From NCBI GenBank assembly GCA_016932115.1, contig JAFGDM010000081.1:1-47797 (forward strand): DNA of 47,797 nt, given 5' to 3'. How positions within the stretch are numbered: the first letter of the stretch is position 1; each line of letters starts with the position of its first letter. Below the pieces are notes generated by a model, which did not search any database, was not told the origin of the DNA, and saw nothing but the letters and a program-made list of their open reading frames with translations. Below, in pieces: positions 9,286 through 15,690 of the stretch. The position numbers were made by a program, and so were the translations under genes. This stretch comes from Deltaproteobacteria bacterium (GTDB taxonomy: Bacteria; Desulfobacterota; DSM-4660; Desulfatiglandales; HGW-15).

Positions 9286-11187
9286 CTACTTAACCACAAT
9301 GGCGTCAAACTTACAGGTGTCGTAGCAAATCCCGCACTTGATGCATTTTTCCTGGTCCAGTGTGTGAAGTTTTTTCTTCTCGCCGGTGATGGCTTGCTGT
9401 GGGCACTTGAGGGCGCACACGTGACACCCGGTGCAAGCTTTTTCATCCACCTCGTAATGAAACAGGGGTTTGCAAACGCCTGCAGGGCATTTCTTATCGT
9501 AAATGTGGGCCTCGTACTCATCTCGGAAGTAGAGAATCGTGGTAAGCACCGGATTTGGCGCTGAGGTGCCCAGCCCGCACAGGGAGAACTTCTGAATCAT
9601 GCTTCCCATTTCTTCAAGAAGCTCAATGTCTCCTTCCTTCCCCCGGCCTTCGCAAATGTCCGTGAGCACATCGAGCATCTGCTTGATTCCCTCTCTGCAG
9701 GGGGTGCACTGGCCGCACGATTCTCCTTTGAGAAAATCCAGAAAGTAGCGGGCCAAATCCACCATGCAGGTGCCCTGATCCATCACGATCATGCCGCCGG
9801 ATCCCATCATGGAACCCACCTTGGTGAGCTCATCGTAACCCACCTGGAGATCCAGGAAGGCCTCAGGGATGCACCCTCCCGAAGGGCCTCCTGTCTGGAC
9901 GGCCTTGAATTTACGTTTCTTGGGAATTCCTCCTCCCATCTCAAAGATGATCTCGCGCAAGGTGGTTCCCATCGGTACTTCGACCAAGCCTGTATTCTTC
10001 ACCTTGCCCACCAGGCTGAAAACCTTTGTTCCTTTGCTGTACTTCGTTCCCATGCTGCTGAACCAGTCGGCTCCCTTGAGCATGATGACGGGGACATTGG
10101 CATAGGTTTCCACATTGTTGAGGTTGGAGGGGCCGTCCCTGAAGCCCTTTTCCACGGTGTGGACATACTTGGCTCTGGGCCTTCCGACATTTCCCTCGAG
10201 GGAGGCCATGAGGGCCGTAGACTCGCCGCAAACAAAGGCGCCTGCGCCGGTCGAAATCTTGACGTGGAAACCGAAATCCGACCCGGCGATGTTGTCCCCG
10301 AGAAGTCCAAAATCCTCCGCTTGCTTCAGGGCCGACACAAGGCGTTTAACGGCCAGAGGATATTCGTTGCGCACGTAAATGAAACCCTGAGAGGACCCAA
10401 TCGCATAAGCCGCGATAAGCATTCCCTCCAAAACACTGTGAGGGTCGCCCTCCAGAACACTCCTGTCCATGTAGGCGCCGGGATCTCCCTCATCGGCGTT
10501 GCAGATGACATAGCGCTCTCCCGGGTGTTTGCGACAGCTCTCCCATTTGATGCCGGTGGGGAAACCTCCCCCGCCCCTTCCCCTCAGACCGGACTTCTTA
10601 ATGGTCGCAATGATCTCCTCATGTTTCATCTCAGCGAGGATGCGGACAAAAGCGAAATACCCGCCTCGCCCGATATACTCTTCTATGCTGTCAGGATCGA
10701 TGTAACCACAATTGCGCAAAGCGATTTTGATCTGATGAGCGTAAAAAGGGATTTCATCCAGGAAAGGGATTCCCTTGATGGGATTTACCTTTTCAAGCGG
10801 GTTAGGCCGATCCTCTTCAATGACGGATCTGGGGTCGCGCATCTGACCGAGAATCAATTTTTTGCTGAATGTTTCTTCCATGTAATCCTGGAATACATCC
10901 GGTAGTTTGTCCTCTGTCACACGTTTGTAGACGACCCTCGGTTTACCCTTGGCCAAAATCTCCACCAGGGGTTCTTCTTCACAAAAACCGATGCAGCCGG
11001 TCTGGCGGATTTCAATGGAATCACCGGCGGGATGCTCCTTCAGCGCCCTTTCAAGCGTTGCCCTGGCCCCTGCAGCGATCCCGCAAGAGGCCATGCCCAC
11101 GTTGACCTTGACGCCCTGCGGAAAGGAGAGCTTCTCGTTGAATTCTTCGCTGATCTTCTCCAGATCCTTTACAGATAAAATTCTCAT
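9286..11187 (-). CDS. NuoF/HndC/HydB-like NADH-binding FMN flavoprotein with an N-terminal thioredoxin-like domain and a C-terminal 2x[4Fe-4S]
   Basis: 633 aa with GRGGGGFPTG, ESCGQCTPCREG, CTGCHVCALKCP and CIKCGICYDTC. Confidence 0.85.
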   Translation of the reverse strand: MRILSVKDLEKISEEFNEKLSFPQGVKVNVGMASCGIAAGARATLERALKEHPAGDSIEIRQTGCIGFCEEEPLVEILAKGKPRVVYKRVTEDKLPDVFQDYMEETFSKKLILGQMRDPRSVIEEDRPNPLEKVNPIKGIPFLDEIPFYAHQIKIALRNCGYIDPDSIEEYIGRGGYFAFVRILAEMKHEEIIATIKKSGLRGRGGGGFPTGIKWESCRKHPGERYVICNADEGDPGAYMDRSVLEGDPHSVLEGMLIAAYAIGSSQGFIYVRNEYPLAVKRLVSALKQAEDFGLLGDNIAGSDFGFHVKISTGAGAFVCGESTALMASLEGNVGRPRAKYVHTVEKGFRDGPSNLNNVETYANVPVIMLKGADWFSSMGTKYSKGTKVFSLVGKVKNTGLVEVPMGTTLREIIFEMGGGIPKKRKFKAVQTGGPSGGCIPEAFLDLQVGYDELTKVGSMMGSGGMIVMDQGTCMVDLARYFLDFLKGESCGQCTPCREGIKQMLDVLTDICEGRGKEGDIELLEEMGSMIQKFSLCGLGTSAPNPVLTTILYFRDEYEAHIYDKKCPAGVCKPLFHYEVDEKACTGCHVCALKCPQQAITGEKKKLHTLDQEKCIKCGICYDTCKFDAIVVK

Positions 11188-11208
11188 TTTTCTGCCTCTT
11201 CCGGGCTT

Positions 11209-11706
11209 CTATTCGTAACGCTCCAAGGTTTTCGCCACTTGATCCGGGGACAGGCGGGCATGAACATCCTCATTGATCTTGACCACGGGCCCAAGACTGC
11301 AGCAGCCGATGCAGCGCACGGATTCAAGCGTAAAGGAACCGTCCTCAGTGGTTTGGCCGTTCGAGATGTGCAGGAGCTGCTCAATCTGTTCTTGGACTCG
11401 TTTGGCGCCCCTCACGTGGCAGGCCGTTCCGAGACAAACGGTAATGAGGTTTCGGCCTCTCGGTTCCAAGCTGAAGGTGGCGTAAAATGTGGCGATTCCA
11501 TAGATCCGGCTTAAGGGAACGCCGGTTTTTTCAGCGAGGTAGGCGAGGGCGGGTCTCGGAATGTAGTTATACCGGCCCTGAATCCCCTGAAGCATCATGA
11601 TTAGGTTTTCCTTGTCGCTGCCGTATGTTTCCTCGATGATTTTATCCATCTCGACATAATCCAGTTCCTCGGGAGAAGGGGCAATCGCAACGGGTTCCTT
11701 GTTCAT
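11209..11706 (-). CDS. NuoE/HndA-like thioredoxin-fold [2Fe-2S] protein
   Basis: 165 aa with CLGTACHVRGA ... CIGCCSLGPVV. Confidence 0.85.
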   Translation of the reverse strand: MNKEPVAIAPSPEELDYVEMDKIIEETYGSDKENLIMMLQGIQGRYNYIPRPALAYLAEKTGVPLSRIYGIATFYATFSLEPRGRNLITVCLGTACHVRGAKRVQEQIEQLLHISNGQTTEDGSFTLESVRCIGCCSLGPVVKINEDVHARLSPDQVAKTLERYE

Positions 11707-11719
11707 AAAGACATCCTCT

Positions 11720-12136
11720 TCACTGAGCCTCGCCGGATGATCCTGTGCGTTCTACCGCACCGGCCTCATACAAGACGGGACAGTTCTCAATGCAAACACC
11801 GCATCCGGTACAAAGATCCATATTGATGCTCCGGGCCCTTTTTCTTATCTTCACTTTAAAATGTCCAGGGCTTCCTTCGACAGACTCAAGATCCGAATAG
11901 GTAATGAGTTCAATATTGAGATGCCGGCCGACCTCGACCAGTTTAGGGGAAATGATTCACATCGCACAGTCATTGGTGGGAAAAGTTTTATCCAATTGGG
12001 CCATAACCCCGCCAATGGCCGGGGATTTTTCCAGGAGATACACGTAATATCCGGAATCCGCCAGATCAAGGGCGGATTGCATCCCTGCGATGCCTCCACC
12101 CACAACAAGGACTGAACCTTTTATAGTGTTTGACAT
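11720..12136 (-). CDS. hdrA: HdrA N-terminal fragment (FAD-binding GGGIAG, DCAM-U motif, first CxxCxxCxxxCP), with selenocysteine at UGA 11959-11957. Not present in the ORF track.
   Basis: Hand translation from ATG 12136 (RBS GGAGAAATAAGG) gives [126 protein letters not shown]...Q, ending at TGA 11722-11720. It aligns by eye to both HdrA paralogs in this window. Confidence 0.75.
11924..11941 (-). promoter_or_regulatory. Putative bacterial SECIS hairpin for UGA 11959-11957
   Basis: Minus strand CTGGTCG-AGGT-CGGCCGG: 7-bp stem (two G-U pairs) and an AGGU loop, starting 15 nt after the UGA. Confidence 0.5.
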
Positions 12137-12455
12137 CCTTATTTCTCCTTTGTGTTCATCTTAACAGGTATCGCTTAGAGCTTTCTTATGGCAAGGCACT
12201 TGAAGTTGTCATCCGGATTGAGCCTTCTCGTGCATGATTCTCAGGCCCGAAGAAATTGGATCAGCTGATGCGTCGACAAATCGACATCCGTGATCGAGTA
12301 AGGGTCGGGCTTTACAAGGAAGGGGTTTGGGGATCTGTCCTTCCCTACGGAACCTGTATATCAATGGAATACAGTCGAGGGTAAAGATAGCCGTGGGAAG
12401 GCGAGTCTGTCAATGGTTTTTTGCTCATTCTGTGTGGGAAAGAATCAGGAAAGGG

Positions 12456-12489
12456 CTCTCCCAACCTCCGGATGCGGAAGCCGGGAGAG
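12456..12489 (-). terminator. GC-rich stem-loop just downstream of the dual-REC gene (possible weak terminator or attenuator)
   Basis: Minus strand CTCTCCCGG-CTTCCG-CATC-CGGAGG-TT-GGGAGAG, 10 nt after stop 12499-12501. Followed by CCCTTTCC rather than a clean U-tract. Confidence 0.3.
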
Positions 12490-12498
12490 GATGGGAAT

Positions 12499-13821
12499 CT
12501 ATGCAGCCAAACGAACCGCGTTTTCTGTTACCTTACGGATCTCATCAGGCGTGAAGGGCTTGGGGAGGTAATCGACTGCCCCCAACCTGGCGCTCTCTTT
12601 GGCTGTTTCGATGCTGGCATAGCCGGTGATGATGACAACGGGCGTCTGCGGGCTCTTTTTTCTAATAGTTTGGAGAAGTTCCAGCCCCTGCACGCCGGGT
12701 ATCCTGAGGTCGAGTAGCACCAGTCTGTAAGCTTTCTCCTGGATGCTCCGCAGCGCTTCTTCTTTGGTCATCGCCTGATCTACGGTGAAACCTTTTTTTG
12801 TCAGGATCTTGCGAATATTGTTGTTGACGGCCGCTTCGTCGTCGATAACCAGAATGTCTTGCCCGGTCACTTCGTCCCTTGTAAAGGGAATATCCACATC
12901 AATGATTCGCCTCCTTTCGGCTGCCATTGCGGGTGGAAGCACTCTACGAGGGGCCCTGAGAGGAAAAACGACATCCATGACTTGCCTTCTTTTAGCCAGC
13001 GCCATTTTTTCCTTGAGTTCCTCATAAGGCACAAAGACAACCCCGTCGCCTTGGAGGTGCATGAGGTATTCAGGGCCTGTGATTGAAGCGACCTCCTCAT
13101 AGCTGAAAGGCTGATCAATGCCGACAAGCTTCTTGGGGTCGAATGTTTTTTCGCCCCTGCTTTCTTCCTTGGCCCTCGCGGCATGTTTGGCTTGCGGGCA
13201 TTCGTTCGCCTTAAGGCCCGCCTTGCAGGTGGCGCCGAGTTTCTTGAAAATTTCGCAAACCTTATGCCCTACGGCGCAATAGTACTCGAGAGTTTCCGGC
13301 GAAGGCATCTCCACAACGGGCATGTCCGAGGGGCCCAGCGTATCTGCGTAGGCCTCGCCCGCGAATTCGGCTACCTCCTGCCGATCGAAAGGGATGTCGA
13401 GATCGATGACATCGATCGTCTTTTTCACCTTTTCGGATACCGGCATCTCTTGCAGCTCTCCGGACAAAACCTTGTCCACTGTCTCCCGTACTTCTTTGGG
13501 CGTGAAAGGCTTGGGAATATAATCCAGAGCGCCCAGCCGGATGGCTTTCATGGCCGTATCGGTAGAGGCATAAGCGGTCATGATGATTACCTTGGTCAGA
13601 GGCCACTGTTCTTTGACAAGCTTCAAGAGCTCGAGGCCGTTTTTACCGGGCATCAAAATGTCGGATATGAGCAGGGAATAGGACTCGTTCGCCATCAGTT
13701 CAAGGGCGTCTCTGGCGCTGAAGGCCTGAGTCACTTCATAATTTTCCTTGGTGAGTATCTTACGCACATTGTCACAAATTCCCTTTTCATCGTCGACTAC
13801 CAGAATCTTTTTTGTTTCCAT
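12499..13821 (-). CDS. Dual response-regulator receiver protein (REC, about 200-aa Cys-containing linker, REC) with no recognisable output domain
   Basis: 440 aa. REC1 is KKILVVDDE...DILMPGKNG...KPF. REC2 is ILVIDDE...LDLRIPGVQG...KPF. The linker carries C-X6-C-X9-C-X8-C and three D-x-PF-x3-EV repeats. AGGAGG RBS precedes ATG 13821. Confidence 0.8.
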   Translation of the reverse strand: METKKILVVDDEKGICDNVRKILTKENYEVTQAFSARDALELMANESYSLLISDILMPGKNGLELLKLVKEQWPLTKVIIMTAYASTDTAMKAIRLGALDYIPKPFTPKEVRETVDKVLSGELQEMPVSEKVKKTIDVIDLDIPFDRQEVAEFAGEAYADTLGPSDMPVVEMPSPETLEYYCAVGHKVCEIFKKLGATCKAGLKANECPQAKHAARAKEESRGEKTFDPKKLVGIDQPFSYEEVASITGPEYLMHLQGDGVVFVPYEELKEKMALAKRRQVMDVVFPLRAPRRVLPPAMAAERRRIIDVDIPFTRDEVTGQDILVIDDEAAVNNNIRKILTKKGFTVDQAMTKEEALRSIQEKAYRLVLLDLRIPGVQGLELLQTIRKKSPQTPVVIITGYASIETAKESARLGAVDYLPKPFTPDEIRKVTENAVRLAA

Positions 13822-13878
13822 TATGTCCTCCTATTGGCGGTCGGAGCCGAGAAGATTAACGAAGTTAAATGCCATTGA

Positions 13879-13894
13879 AGCACATTGTGTGCCA
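13879..13894 (-). promoter_or_regulatory. sigma54-type (-24/-12) promoter upstream of the dual-REC gene
   Basis: Minus strand TGGCACACAATGTGCT, against consensus TGGCAC-N5-TTGC. GG and GC are at the correct spacing. Lies about 58 nt upstream of ATG 13821. Confidence 0.55.
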
Positions 13895-14250
13895 ACGGCG
13901 CTTTTTTCGGGTTAACATACTATTTATATTGAATTTATGAGTGATATCCTGTGTCAATCCTTATTGAATGTATATAAATCTTATACAGAAAAAAGTATGA
14001 CGAATAGGCGATGGAAGCCAGTGAAAAGGATAGGCAACTAAAAGCTCCTCTATCCTGAGAAGAAGGGCGTATTTGTAAGATAACTATTTGATAAAATTTA
14101 GTAAGTAAGGGATTTCCCATAAGCTGACAGCTCGGCCTTTCAGACGACAAGAGAAAACATACCTACGCATTGAAACGACTGGAGAACACAATTGGGGAAT
14201 AATCAGAATGGTGTATTAATTAATTATACATGGTATAATTTCTCTAAATT

Positions 14251-15690
14251 TCAAAGATTGTTATCAGGTTTTTTGTGGGGTGGAGAGGAACGGGTTAACA
14301 GGGAGATCCCATGCTTTTTCATGAGATTTTGAAAGTTGGGCCTTTGGAGCCCCACTTTTTTTGCTGCCCGTGTAACGTTCCAGTCGTTTTGCATCAGGGC
14401 CTGGATGATGAAATTTTTTTCCACCTCTCGCACGGCTTTTTCCCGGATCTCTTTTTTGGCCCGTTTCAGATCTTCATTGTTTTCAGGGACTTGGATGACT
14501 AATCCTGCCGTGTCTTGAAGGGCAGGCAGTTCCTTGGGGGTGATCTCATCGCCTTCACAAAGAATCACCGCACGCTCGATTGCGTTCTTGAGCTGCCGCA
14601 CATTTCCAGGCCAATCATAGGCCGTCAACCCGGCCGAGGCTTCCATGGAGAAGCCCTTTATCCCCTTCTGTGTGATGTTGCCGAACTGCCTGAGAAAGTA
14701 ATAGGCGATGGGCAGAATGTCGCTTTTCCTCTCCCTGAGGGGCGGCGTAAAGATGGGATATACAAAGATGCGATAATAGAAATCCTGCCTGAAGGAGCCC
14801 TCTTTCACCATTTCCATCAGGTCTCTGTTGGTGGCAAAGATCAGGCGAACATCAATGTGTTGTTTTACTGTTGCACCAAGGGGAAGGTATTCCCGGGTTT
14901 CAAGGAAACGCAGGAGCTTGCCCTGCACCTCCGGGCTGATGTTGCTGATTTCATCCAAAAACACGGTGCCGCCTTGCGCCGCCTTGAAGATTCCTTCCTT
15001 GTTTTTAAAGGCTCCGGTAAACGCGCCTCTCTCATAGCCGAAGAGCTCGCTTTCCAGGAGGTTACCGGACAAAGTCCCACAATCAACGGCGAAAAAAACA
15101 CGTTCCTTCCGTCTGCTGTTGGCATGAATGGCCCGGGCGATCAACTCCTTGCCCGTGCCGCTTTCCCCGCAGATAAGAACCGTTGAATCGGTCGGGGCCA
15201 CCTTCCCGATCATCTGGATGACCGACTGCATTTTCCGGCTTTTACCGATGAGTTGGTGTGTGACGACTCCCGGCATGTCTTGGTGGGCCTTCATCTCACG
15301 ATTCTGCAGGCGGGTTTCCCAGTCCAAAAGAGCGCGACGAACAACGTTTCTCAACTCTTCCGGGGTGAAGGGCTTGGGAAGGTAATCGTAGGCGCCCATC
15401 TTCATGACTTCAACGGCCGACGACACCGTCGCGTACCCGGTGATCACAATGACGATCGTTTCGGGATAGGATTCCTGCACACGCCTGAGAACCTCCATTC
15501 CCCCCATGCTGGTCATCTTTAGATCCGTAATAATGAGATCAAAAGGGCGTGTCTGCATCATCTTGAGCGCATCATAGCCGTTCAATGCGTACTCAGCTTC
15601 GTACCCCTCTTTGGAGAGGATTTTGACGCAGCTCCGGCAGATGCCCAACTCATCATCCACTACAAGCATCCGGGGTTTCTTATCCGGCAT
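14251..15690 (-). CDS. sigma54-dependent NtrC/Fis-family response regulator (REC, AAA+, HTH)
   Basis: Motifs MLVVDDE, GESGTGKE, GAFTGA and a C-terminal Fis-type HTH. The probable start is MPDKKPRML at 15690, which overlaps the kinase stop by 11 nt. Confidence 0.85.
   Translation of the reverse strand: MPDKKPRMLVVDDELGICRSCVKILSKEGYEAEYALNGYDALKMMQTRPFDLIITDLKMTSMGGMEVLRRVQESYPETIVIVITGYATVSSAVEVMKMGAYDYLPKPFTPEELRNVVRRALLDWETRLQNREMKAHQDMPGVVTHQLIGKSRKMQSVIQMIGKVAPTDSTVLICGESGTGKELIARAIHANSRRKERVFFAVDCGTLSGNLLESELFGYERGAFTGAFKNKEGIFKAAQGGTVFLDEISNISPEVQGKLLRFLETREYLPLGATVKQHIDVRLIFATNRDLMEMVKEGSFRQDFYYRIFVYPIFTPPLRERKSDILPIAYYFLRQFGNITQKGIKGFSMEASAGLTAYDWPGNVRQLKNAIERAVILCEGDEITPKELPALQDTAGLVIQVPENNEDLKRAKKEIREKAVREVEKNFIIQALMQNDWNVTRAAKKVGLQRPNFQNLMKKHGISLLTRSSPPHKKPDNNL

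Noticed and set aside
7476-9293. 605-aa plus-strand ORF antisense to the hdrA fusion. Similar long antisense ORFs occur at 15611-16747, 36330-37886, 38235-39092 and 5562-6401.
   Set aside because: Their composition is rich in Gly, Arg, His and Val, and they carry no cofactor or catalytic motifs. Each lies opposite a gene with dense, unmistakable motifs, which is typical of shadow ORFs.
9264-9521. 86-codon N-terminal extension of the track ORF 6030-9521
   Set aside because: It overlaps the 3' end of the nuoF-like gene in another frame and has no motifs. MITFKMNGK at 9263 begins a recognisable NuoG-type [2Fe-2S] domain, 22 nt after the nuoF-like stop.
11851-12115. Track ORFs 11851-12108 (-) and 11861-12115 (+)
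   Set aside because: Both are out of frame relative to the HdrA-like reading ([23 protein letters not shown]), which explains the region much better.
12151-12166. Rex-like operator candidate TGTGTTCATCTTAACA near the hdrA-N RBS
   Set aside because: Only the outer TGT(T)/AACA arms are symmetric, and the half-sites do not match TTGTGAA/TTCACAA well. No comparable site was found upstream of the second hdr cluster.
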